A stretch of 64,000 nt of DNA from assembly GCA_026706665.1 (NCBI GenBank), contig JAPOYI010000114.1, forward strand, positions 7,268 to 71,267, written 5' to 3'. Both the position numbers and the translations under genes were made by a program. The notes beneath the pieces are model-generated. The model made no database searches. It was not told the origin of the DNA and worked only from the letters and a program-made list of their open reading frames with translations. Shown one piece after another: positions 9,509-17,802 of this stretch. Origin of the DNA: Gammaproteobacteria bacterium (lineage in GTDB: Bacteria > Pseudomonadota > Gammaproteobacteria > Pseudomonadales > Azotimanducaceae). Each line of letters begins with the position of its first letter. Within the stretch, counting starts at the first letter, position 1.

Positions 9509-11389
9509 CTAGTTGTCCTGCTGGTTGCCCTTTATGCCGGCGAGCCCGGCATCCACCCGGGCGCTCTTCTCCTCGTCCAGCCACCACAATATGGGGAAGC
9601 CGGTCCAGTTCATGTGCTCCGCTCCGAGGGGTGGATGGCCGAACCGGTCCCAGTATACGAGATGGCGCCCGACCGGATGCCCTTCCGGTATGACATGGAA
9701 GTTCCAGAGCAACACGCGATCCAGTGCCCGTCCGGCGGCGTTCATGTCCGCTTCCGTCGTGGCCTGGATGATTTTCTCCACCAGGAAGTCCACCACCGGG
9801 TCCTTGATTCCCGCGTAGTTGGTCATGTTCGGCTGGTCGGCGTTTCGCGAAATGAACTGGCTGCGAAGCCGCGCCGGAATGGGAACCCGGAACGTATAGA
9901 ACTTTCGCATGGTCGCGTCGTAGTCATAGTTTCGCAGCCGATTCACCATCAGGTTGCTTTCGATTCGGCGCAGGACCGCATCTATCCCCAGGCGCTCGAG
10001 GTTGTCGACGAACGGCGTCAGCATGCGTTCGTATTCCTCCGTGGAGATGATGAATTCGAAGCGAAAGGGTTCTCCCGTCTTTTCGTTGACGCGTTTGAGG
10101 TCCCGGACTATCCAGCCTGCTTCGACGAGCAGCGCGTCGGCCTTGAGCAGCGTGTCGCGGTTGCGTCCGAAAAGGCCGTTCCTGGGCAGCGGCACGGGAT
10201 GCGTGAAGACCCGCTCGGGCACCTGGTCCCGAAACGGTTCCAGGAGCGCGAGTTCCGCCGCTAACGGCAAGCCCCGCGCCTGCAGTCCGGATCGCATGAA
10301 GTAGCTGTTGTTGCGGTCCATGCCCTCATGCCAATAGACGCGGTTCGCCCACTCGAAGTTGTAGGCCAGTGTCAGGGCTTCCCGAACCCGGATGTCCTTG
10401 AAGAGGTCCCGGCGATTGTTGAGAACGACGCACTGGTGCATGCCGTATGCCGTCCCCATGACATGGGTCTCCCTCTTGAACAGCCCCTTGTGATAGCCGG
10501 TGAAGTCGTAGGCCGTCGCGAAGGTGCTTTCGTTCTGGTCGCGGTAGTAGTCGATGACGCCTGCCCTGAGTGCCTGCAGCATGACGTTCTGGTCGAAAAA
10601 GTAGGTGATCACCACGCGGTCGAAGTTGTAGTGACCGACGCTCACGTTGAGGTCCCTGCCCCAATAGTCCTCGATGCGTTTGAAGACCAGCTTGTGTCCG
10701 GGGTCCACCTCGGCGAGGCGATAGGGCCCGTTGCCGAGGGGAGGCTCCAGCGTCGTGGCGCCGAACTTCCGGTCTTCCCAGTAGTGCCGGGGCAGCGGCG
10801 TGAACCCGGCCGTGAGGATTACCAGTTGCGGGTTCTTTTCGGCGGCCTCGCTGAAACGAAACGTGAAGGACCTCGGTCCGGTCCGCTCCAGGTCGGCGAC
10901 GTCGCGGTAAAGCTCTCTCCAACCGACTGACGCTTCGGCCCTGATCATTTCGAACGTCCACAGGACGTCGTCCACGGTCACCGGTTGGCCGTCGTGCCAG
11001 TAGGCGCCTTCCCGCAGCGTGTAGGCCACCCAACTGTAGTCGTCGGCGACGTCCACGGATTCGGCGAGCTTGCCGTAGTAGGAGGCGAGTTCGTCTTCCG
11101 CCTTCAGCATGAGTGGTTCGTAGATCGGTGTCCCCAGCCTCGGGTCGAGGTAGGCCGCGACCACGCCCTTGTCGACATAGGCGTGCACGTTGTTGAACGT
11201 GCCGACGATGGGCATCGTGACGGATCCGCCTTTCGGTGCATCCGGGTTCGCGTAGTCGAAGCGCGGCATGTCGCTCGGGTACTTCGGGTCGCCGAAATAG
11301 GCGAAGCCGTGGCTCGGCTCCGCCGCGACTCCGGGGGCGGGAACGAGCATCAGGAAACACGCAAGAAAACGCAGTGCCAGTGACGCCAC
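9509..11389 (-). CDS. yejA: extracellular solute-binding protein family 5, YejA-like (paralogue 1)
   Basis: Signal peptide, then EPSHGFAYFGDPKYP and YANPDAPKGG. The roughly 620-aa size is typical of YejA. Confidence 0.8.
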   Translation of the reverse strand: MASLALRFLACFLMLVPAPGVAAEPSHGFAYFGDPKYPSDMPRFDYANPDAPKGGSVTMPIVGTFNNVHAYVDKGVVAAYLDPRLGTPIYEPLMLKAEDELASYYGKLAESVDVADDYSWVAYTLREGAYWHDGQPVTVDDVLWTFEMIRAEASVGWRELYRDVADLERTGPRSFTFRFSEAAEKNPQLVILTAGFTPLPRHYWEDRKFGATTLEPPLGNGPYRLAEVDPGHKLVFKRIEDYWGRDLNVSVGHYNFDRVVITYFFDQNVMLQALRAGVIDYYRDQNESTFATAYDFTGYHKGLFKRETHVMGTAYGMHQCVVLNNRRDLFKDIRVREALTLAYNFEWANRVYWHEGMDRNNSYFMRSGLQARGLPLAAELALLEPFRDQVPERVFTHPVPLPRNGLFGRNRDTLLKADALLVEAGWIVRDLKRVNEKTGEPFRFEFIISTEEYERMLTPFVDNLERLGIDAVLRRIESNLMVNRLRNYDYDATMRKFYTFRVPIPARLRSQFISRNADQPNMTNYAGIKDPVVDFLVEKIIQATTEADMNAAGRALDRVLLWNFHVIPEGHPVGRHLVYWDRFGHPPLGAEHMNWTGFPILWWLDEEKSARVDAGLAGIKGNQQDN

Positions 11390-11400
11390 TTCGTCGATTC

Positions 11401-13266
11401 CTAGTCTCCCCGCATCCCGGCCAGGTAGTTCTCCACGCGGGCGTTTTTTTCATCGTCGAGCCACCACAGCTGCGGGAAACCGGTCCAGTTCATGTTCTCC
11501 CGGCCCATGGGGGGGTGGCCGAAGCGGTCCCAGTACACGGGGTGGCGGCCGAGCGGACATCCCTCGGGAATCACGTAGAAGTTCCAGAGCAACACGCGGT
11601 CGAGCGCGCGTCCGGCGGTGTTCATTTCCGCCTCCGTCTTGGCGCCCAGCACCATTTCCACCAGCATGTCCACCACGGGATTCTTGATGCCGGGCAGGTT
11701 GGTCTGGTTCGGTGTATCGGCCCATTGTGACGTGTATGTTCTCCGCATGCGGTCCGGGATCGGGACCATGAACGTATAGAGTTTGCGGATCGTCGAATCG
11801 AAGTCGTAGTTCCGCAACCGGTTGGTCATGACATTGCTTTCGAGCTTGCGCAGCACCGCGTCAATCCCCAAGCGCTTGAGGTTGTCGACGAAGGGCACCA
11901 GCATGCGCTCATGAAGGGTGATCCTGACGATGAACTCCAGCGCGAGCGGCTCTCCCGTCTTCGCGTTGACGCGCTCGAAATCCCTGACGACCCAGCCCGC
12001 ATCGCTGAGTAGCGCGTCGGCCCGGAGGAGCGTATCGCGGTTGCGCCCCCATGATTCGTTCTGGGGCAGCTCCACGGGGTGCGTGAATACCCGTTCCGGT
12101 ACCTGGCCGCGAAACGGTTCCAGGATCTCGAGCTCCTCCTCTGACGGCAGTCCCCGTGCCTGCATCCCCGAACGCATGAAATAGCTGTCGTTGCGTTCGA
12201 GGCCGTTGAACCAGTAGACGCGGTTCGCCCAATCGAAGTTGTAGGCCAGCGTCAGGGCCTCCCTGATCCGAGGGTCCTTGAACAGGTCGCGGCGGGTATT
12301 GAAGACGACGCTCTCGTGCATGCCGTAGGAATAGCCCATTCGGTAGGTCTCCCTCTTGAAGACCCCCTTGTGATAGGCGTCGAAGTCGTAGGCCGTGTGA
12401 AAGTGGCTTTCGTCTTCTTCGAAAAAGAAGTCCACGAAACCCGCTCTCATCGCCTGGAGCATCACGTTCCGGTCAAAGTAATACGTGTACACGATGCGTT
12501 CGAAATTGTGGTGGCCCACATTGACATTGAGATCCTTGCCCCAGTAGTCCTCGACGCGTTCAAAGACCACCTTGTGTCCGGCCTCCACCTCCGCAAGGCG
12601 GTACGGCCCGTTGCCGAGGGGCGGCTCGAGGGTTGTGGCGGTGAAGTCCCGCTCCTCCCAGTAGTGTTGGGGCAGCGTGGTGAACCGGGCGGTGAGAACG
12701 ACAAGGGGCGGGCCCCATTCCACGTTCTCGTCTTCGACGAAATGGATCCTGAACGACCGCGGACCGGTCCGCTCTATCCTGTCGAAGGGTTGGTAGCGCG
12801 CCTTCCAGCTGTGCCCCGCCTCGGTCTTCACCATCTTGAAGGTCCACAGAACGTCGTCGACTGTCACCGGCTCGCCGTCATGCCAGTAAGCGTTGTCGCG
12901 CAGCGTGTACTCGACCCAACCGTAGTCGTCGGCGACCTCTACGCTTTCGGCAAGCAGGCCGTAGTAGGAAGCCAGTTCGTCCTCGGACCACCGCATGAGC
13001 TGGTCGTAGACCCTTGAGCCCAGCCTGGTGTCCATGAAGGGCGTAAGGTTCCCCTTGTCGACGTAGGCATGCACGTTGTTGAAGTTCCCGACGATGGACA
13101 GGTGGAGGTCGCCGCCTTTCGGGGCGCCCGGATTCGCATAGTCGAAGTGGAGCATGTCCTTCGGGTACTTCAGTTCGCCGAAATACGCGAAGCCGTGGCT
13201 CGGCTCTCCCGACGCAAGGGTCGCGGCGAGTACAAGGAGCAGTGTGGCAATGAAGCGCGCGCGCAT
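11401..13266 (-). CDS. yejA: extracellular solute-binding protein family 5, YejA-like (paralogue 2)
   Basis: Collinear with the neighbouring paralogue over its whole length (EPSHGFAYFGELKYP, YANPGAPKGG, GFPQLWWLDDEK versus GFPILWWLDEEK). Confidence 0.8.
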   Translation of the reverse strand: MRARFIATLLLVLAATLASGEPSHGFAYFGELKYPKDMLHFDYANPGAPKGGDLHLSIVGNFNNVHAYVDKGNLTPFMDTRLGSRVYDQLMRWSEDELASYYGLLAESVEVADDYGWVEYTLRDNAYWHDGEPVTVDDVLWTFKMVKTEAGHSWKARYQPFDRIERTGPRSFRIHFVEDENVEWGPPLVVLTARFTTLPQHYWEERDFTATTLEPPLGNGPYRLAEVEAGHKVVFERVEDYWGKDLNVNVGHHNFERIVYTYYFDRNVMLQAMRAGFVDFFFEEDESHFHTAYDFDAYHKGVFKRETYRMGYSYGMHESVVFNTRRDLFKDPRIREALTLAYNFDWANRVYWFNGLERNDSYFMRSGMQARGLPSEEELEILEPFRGQVPERVFTHPVELPQNESWGRNRDTLLRADALLSDAGWVVRDFERVNAKTGEPLALEFIVRITLHERMLVPFVDNLKRLGIDAVLRKLESNVMTNRLRNYDFDSTIRKLYTFMVPIPDRMRRTYTSQWADTPNQTNLPGIKNPVVDMLVEMVLGAKTEAEMNTAGRALDRVLLWNFYVIPEGCPLGRHPVYWDRFGHPPMGRENMNWTGFPQLWWLDDEKNARVENYLAGMRGD

Positions 13267-13469
13267 TACCGGTCGGCTGGCGATACTTCTGCAGGTATTG
13301 GCGCACGCCCCGTCATGACGTTACCGCCCCGTCTCCTTGGGACGGCCAATACTATCCCAAGGCATGACGGGGAGGGCATGGGTCAGGCGTGCTGTCGAAG
13401 ACTGCGCTGACATGGAATCTCACGCCATTTGCACCTATGGTGCGAATCCACGCGAAACGACTACGCCAC

Positions 13470-14465
13470 ATGCAGATCGAAACGCCGTATCTCCTCTTCC
13501 TCGGCGACGCCAGGGACGCGTTGGCGGCCAAGACCGGTCAGGGCATCGTCGACTGGCGTCCGGATGCTGTCGCCGGACAGATGCGGCTTCCCGGCTCTGG
13601 CGCGGATCTCGGTGTTCGCGAACTAACGATTGCCAAAGCGGCGCGCGCAGGTGCCAGAACCTTCGTCATCGGGGCCGTCAATCCCGGAGGCGTGCTTCCC
13701 CAGGCGTGGCGTAGCCACGTCATTGAAGCCCTGGAAGCGGGGCTGGATGTCGCGAGCGGCATGCATGTGCGTCTTGCCGGCATACCCGGGATCGCAGAGA
13801 ACGCGCGTCGCCTGGGCCGGCGGCTGTTCGACGTGCGTCATCCCACCGATACGTTCCATACCGCGAGCGGCCGCAAGCGCACGGGCAAACGGCTGCTGAC
13901 GGTTGGCACCGACTGCTCCGTGGGGAAGAAATACACCGCCCTTGCCATCGAGCGGGAACTGTTGCGGCGCGGCATGGACGCCGACTACCGGGCGACGGGC
14001 CAGACGGGCATCCTGATATCGGGCTCCGGGATCGCCATCGATGCCGTCGTCTCCGACTTCGCGGCGGGCGCTGCCGAGGCCCTGTCGCCGGATGCCGGCG
14101 CAGACCACTGGGACGTGGTGGAGGGGCAGGGCTCGCTGTTCCATCCATCCTTCGCCGGCGTCAGCCTGGCGTTGCTGCACGGCACCCAGCCGGACACCTT
14201 CGTCGTCTGCCACGAGCCGACCCGCAGGACCATGCGCAACGTCGAAACCCCCATCGCGCGCATCGAAGACGTGATCAGCGAGACCACCGCGCTGGGTCGC
14301 CTGACGAATCCGGATGTCCGTTGCGCGGGTATCGCCCTGGACACTTCTGCGCTGTCCGAAAACGATGCGAAACGGGTCATAGACGAGACCGCATCGCAAT
14401 TCGAGGTGCCGGCCTGCGACCCGGTACGGCAGGGCGTCGGCGTCATCGTCGACGGGCTGCCTTGA
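13470..14465 (+). CDS. dgcN: DUF1611 family protein, DgcN-like N-acetyltransferase
   Basis: ATG 13470 (MQIETPYLLFLGD), then VGTDCSVGKKYTA and VEGQGSLFHPSFAGVSL, which are typical of DUF1611. It is followed by an enolase-superfamily epimerase, the hallmark gene pairing. Confidence 0.7.
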   Translation: MQIETPYLLFLGDARDALAAKTGQGIVDWRPDAVAGQMRLPGSGADLGVRELTIAKAARAGARTFVIGAVNPGGVLPQAWRSHVIEALEAGLDVASGMHVRLAGIPGIAENARRLGRRLFDVRHPTDTFHTASGRKRTGKRLLTVGTDCSVGKKYTALAIERELLRRGMDADYRATGQTGILISGSGIAIDAVVSDFAAGAAEALSPDAGADHWDVVEGQGSLFHPSFAGVSLALLHGTQPDTFVVCHEPTRRTMRNVETPIARIEDVISETTALGRLTNPDVRCAGIALDTSALSENDAKRVIDETASQFEVPACDPVRQGVGVIVDGLP

Positions 14466-14553
14466 TACGTACTGGTGATCGGAATCCCCAAACGTGGACA
14501 TTTCCCATGTGGGTCGATGGATGGGTAGGCGGACATCGCAGGGACGCGGTTGA

Positions 14554-15525
14554 ATGAACGTATGCGCCGAGACGCAGGAATGGCCCATTGCGCGCCCCTT
14601 CACCATATCCCGGGGAACAAAACACACGGCCGATGTCGTGATGGCGACGGTGACCGACGACGCGTACCGGGGTCGGGGTGAATGTGTCCCCTATGCACGC
14701 TACGGCGAGACGACGGAAGACGTCGTTCGCACCATCGAGGGATTTCGTGGACCCTTCGACCGCGCTGCCCTGGCGGACGTTCTTCCGGCTGGCGCTGCGC
14801 GGAACGCGCTGGACTGCGCGTTGTGGGACCTGGCGGCGAAACGCGGCGGTCAGGCGGCGTGGAAGCTGGCGGGAGTTCCGCGGCCGGTCGATGTCGTTAC
14901 CGCGCGCACCGTGAGCCTGGATTCGCCCGGGTCGATGGGCCGACGGGCGCGGGCCGCACGCGACCGCGCCCTGCTCAAGGTGAAGCTGGGCAGGGATTCC
15001 GTCCGTCTCGACATCGAACGGCTGCGGGCCGTGCGGACACACGCGCCTCGCGCGCGTCTTGTCGTGGACGTCAACGAAGGCTGGTCCCTTTCGGACCTGG
15101 AAACTTTCGTTCCGGCGGCGCTGGAAGCCGGGGTCGAGATGATCGAGCAGCCGCTGGCGGAAGGTGCGGATGCGAGACTTGCGGGGTTCCGTTCCCCGGT
15201 GCCCCTGTGCGCCGACGAGAGCATCCGCGACGGTGCGAATCTCGCCGCCATCGCCGGCTGTTACCAGGCGGTGAACATCAAGCTGGACAAGACCGGCGGG
15301 TTGACGCGCGCGCTCGCCCTGGCGCGGCAAGCGCGCGAGAGAGACATGGCTGTCGTGGTCGGTTGCATGGTTTCCACGTCGCTCTCCATGGCGCCGGCAC
15401 TCCTGCTTTCCGGATTCGCGAGCTTCGTCGATCTTGATGGTCCCCAACTCCTCGCGAGGGACCGCGACCCGGGCCTCGAATACAATGGGAGCCGTCTCTC
15501 TTTCTCCGAGCGTGTCTGGGGATGA
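14554..15525 (+). CDS. dgcA: enolase-superfamily dipeptide epimerase-like protein (DgcA-type N-acetyl-D-Glu racemase candidate)
   Basis: WPIARPFTISRG, KVKLG, VDVNEGW, IEQPL and CADES metal and catalytic motifs of the muconate-lactonising/dipeptide epimerase subgroup. Confidence 0.7.
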   Translation: MNVCAETQEWPIARPFTISRGTKHTADVVMATVTDDAYRGRGECVPYARYGETTEDVVRTIEGFRGPFDRAALADVLPAGAARNALDCALWDLAAKRGGQAAWKLAGVPRPVDVVTARTVSLDSPGSMGRRARAARDRALLKVKLGRDSVRLDIERLRAVRTHAPRARLVVDVNEGWSLSDLETFVPAALEAGVEMIEQPLAEGADARLAGFRSPVPLCADESIRDGANLAAIAGCYQAVNIKLDKTGGLTRALALARQARERDMAVVVGCMVSTSLSMAPALLLSGFASFVDLDGPQLLARDRDPGLEYNGSRLSFSERVWG

Positions 15526-16448
15526 CGGCGCGAACCATCTGGCGCGACAGCGAGTTCATCGCGTGGGATGACGCGACGGTGCACGTATTGTCCCAAAGCC
15601 TGCAACGGGGCTCGCTGGCGTTCGACTATCTGAGCGTGCATGCGACCGGGCGCGGCGTTGCGATGTTCCGGCTACGTGATCACGTTGAACGCCTGGCAGT
15701 TACTTGTGAGATCGTCGGCCTGCCCCTGGACTATGCCGTGGACGAACTGGTCGACGCCTGCGCAGAAACGGTTCGCCGAAACCCGGGCGCAAAATCCGTC
15801 AAGATCAGCGCGCTGATTCCGTCGATCGAGGCCGAGCTTGTCCCCCAGGATCCCCGCGTATCCGTGTTCATCGCCGCGTATGACGGGGACCGCGACATCA
15901 TCGGCAGGAACCTGGGCCGTTCGCATCGCCGCACGGAGCTGTCGCTCAAGATAGAACGCGAAAAGCGCAACCGGCGCGACGACATCATCCCGCCCCACGC
16001 GAAGGTTGCCGCCAACTACACGGCAGCGATGACCGCCAAGTGGCGGGCGCGGCAGGAGGGCTTCGACGATATCGTGCTACTGGACGAGGACGGCTGGGTC
16101 ACGGAAGCGCCCACGGCAAACCTGTTCGTAGTCGACGCCTCGGGGGGTCTTGCGACGCCGCCCGCGAGCAAGGTGCTGCTCGGGATAACGCGTGCTTCCG
16201 TCATCGAGCTGGCATCCACGATCGGCAGCACGTGCGAAGAACGCGACATTTCCGTGGATGAACTCAGGCGCGCCCCGGAAGCGTTCCTGACCGGTACGTC
16301 GGAAGGCGTGTGGCCCGCCCTCAGAATCGACCGAGAACTCGTCGGCGACGGAAACGTCGGTCCGGTCACGGCGCGGCTGCGGGAGACGTATCGGGCCGTC
16401 GTGCGAGGCGAAGAACCGGCTTTCGAGCACTGGCTGCACTACGTGTAG
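15522..16448 (+). CDS. class IV aminotransferase (branched-chain / D-amino-acid aminotransferase family)
   Basis: ATGA overlap with the upstream gene. Fold-type IV pattern: AKVAANY, TEAPTANLFVV, LLGITR and LTGTSEGVWP. Confidence 0.8.
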   Translation: MTARTIWRDSEFIAWDDATVHVLSQSLQRGSLAFDYLSVHATGRGVAMFRLRDHVERLAVTCEIVGLPLDYAVDELVDACAETVRRNPGAKSVKISALIPSIEAELVPQDPRVSVFIAAYDGDRDIIGRNLGRSHRRTELSLKIEREKRNRRDDIIPPHAKVAANYTAAMTAKWRARQEGFDDIVLLDEDGWVTEAPTANLFVVDASGGLATPPASKVLLGITRASVIELASTIGSTCEERDISVDELRRAPEAFLTGTSEGVWPALRIDRELVGDGNVGPVTARLRETYRAVVRGEEPAFEHWLHYV

Positions 16449-16725
16449 CGGACCTCGTGACCGCGATTGTCGACTGCGCCTGGTTCGTGATCCAGGCGGG
16501 GATCATGTTCTCGCTTTCCGCACCCAATCGGCCCACTCCGGATCGGTGATCCGCCAGCCACCGTTCTGCCGGTCGACGAGATCGAGTCGCTGCAGTCGCG
16601 CATGGGTGATGGTCGCCCTCGATGCCACGGCCGGGGACCAGCTTCGCCTGATCCAGTGCGACAAGGGGGCATCCACGCTCGGGGGCAACATGAATGGCGA
16701 GCGCTTTGGGTTGGGAAGCGCCCAT
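16366..16725 (-). pseudogene. MOSC-domain-like N-terminal fragment (probably decayed)
   Basis: MGASQPKALAIHVAPERGCPLVALDQAKLVPGRGIEGDHH resembles a MOSC N-terminus. The rest of the frame is not MOSC-like and runs 82 nt into the convergent aminotransferase gene. The ATG overlaps the upstream stop (TAATG). Confidence 0.3.
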
Positions 16726-17153
16726 TAGCGGGGTTTCCGAAGCCTGCGCCACAATCCGTATCCGATCGCAGCCGCCGCTACCGGGTGACGTATCGCGACC
16801 AGCACGGCGGCGCCCGCAACCACGCCCGCTGCGACCGCCACGAGCTGGGGGCTCCTGGGCTTTCCCGTGATTGCGCGGCTCACCGTATGTTCGCAGTTGT
16901 TTCGGAACAGGTTGTAGCGCCGCGCTTCGCCTTTCGCCGCGCCCTGCGCGTGGTATAGCGCCCGCGCTCGTTGTGTCTCGCCGAGCTGCCGTGAACGCAC
17001 GGACTTGCCGCGTCCGAATTCCTCCAGGGACGAGACGTGCTCACCGCGTAAAGGGGTATTGTGCAGGACGCGGTCGTCGCCAAGGGCGATGCCCTGGTGG
17101 AACACCGGCCCCTTGCGGCGAAGGACGACATCTCCGGGAAGAACTTCCATCAT
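16725..17153 (-). CDS. LRAT/NlpC-P60 superfamily (H-Rev107-like) protein with C-terminal TM helix
   Basis: Early His (VFHQGIAL), the NCEH catalytic-Cys motif, and a hydrophobic C-terminal segment (VAVAAGVVAGAAVLVAI). Confidence 0.55.
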   Translation of the reverse strand: MMEVLPGDVVLRRKGPVFHQGIALGDDRVLHNTPLRGEHVSSLEEFGRGKSVRSRQLGETQRARALYHAQGAAKGEARRYNLFRNNCEHTVSRAITGKPRSPQLVAVAAGVVAGAAVLVAIRHPVAAAAIGYGLWRRLRKPR

Positions 17154-17195
17154 GAATCTTGGCCCGCCGCCACAGATCGCACGATGGACGATAAC

Positions 17196-17621
17196 CTATT
17201 CGCTGGTCGTGATCGACTCGATCATGTAGTCGATGGACTCGAGAAGTTGTTCGTCCGTGCAGGCGCTGCACAGTCCCATGGGGGGCATGCCCGGCGGCAT
17301 GCCCCGGACTACGGACTGGAGCAGCGCGTCCCTGCCCCGGTCGAGGCGCGGCTCCCAGGCTTCCCCGTCGTCGAGTGACGGCGCTCCGGCCACGCCGCTC
17401 GCGTGGCAGGTGAAACAGTAGCGTTCATATGTCTTCTTGCCCGGGTGTTCGGCCTTTTGGCCCTGGTCGCACGCCGCGAGCAGGCCAGCGAGCACGACGG
17501 CGATGCACTGGACAGCCAGAGCCTTCAGCCGGGGGCGCTTCCCTGATCGCCGAGGCGTAAGGAAGCGCCGGCGTTCTCCCCGTCGCCGGAGGCGCACTTC
17601 CATGGGTGCCTGCGCGCGCAT
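17196..17621 (-). CDS. lipoprotein cytochrome c (c5-like, class I)
   Basis: ATG 17621 is preceded by GGGAGGAG. Lipobox LLAAC, haem motif CFTCH, distal MPPMG, and a second Cys pair (CSAC) as in cytochrome c5. Confidence 0.7.
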   Translation of the reverse strand: MRAQAPMEVRLRRRGERRRFLTPRRSGKRPRLKALAVQCIAVVLAGLLAACDQGQKAEHPGKKTYERYCFTCHASGVAGAPSLDDGEAWEPRLDRGRDALLQSVVRGMPPGMPPMGLCSACTDEQLLESIDYMIESITTSE

Positions 17622-17802
17622 GGCTCTCCTCCCGGGTCTGAGAAAGCGCGGAACATAGCGGCTTGCCACCGGCGCGTCCAACTCCGACGGATCGAGCGGC
17701 AGCGCTGCGGGGGGCTGGAACAGGCAAGCCTGCGGCAAGGCAAGCAAGGCAAGGCTACGCCTTTCGACCACGGTCCCGTCCGGATAGACTTGTGCCCCAT
17801 CC

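Noticed and set aside
16439-16691. Alternative frames (16503..16691 and 16439..16672) that might continue the MOSC-like ORF after a frameshift.
   Set aside because: Neither frame recovers the conserved C-terminal MOSC features, such as the Cys-containing beta-barrel end. I therefore report only a decayed N-terminal fragment at low confidence.
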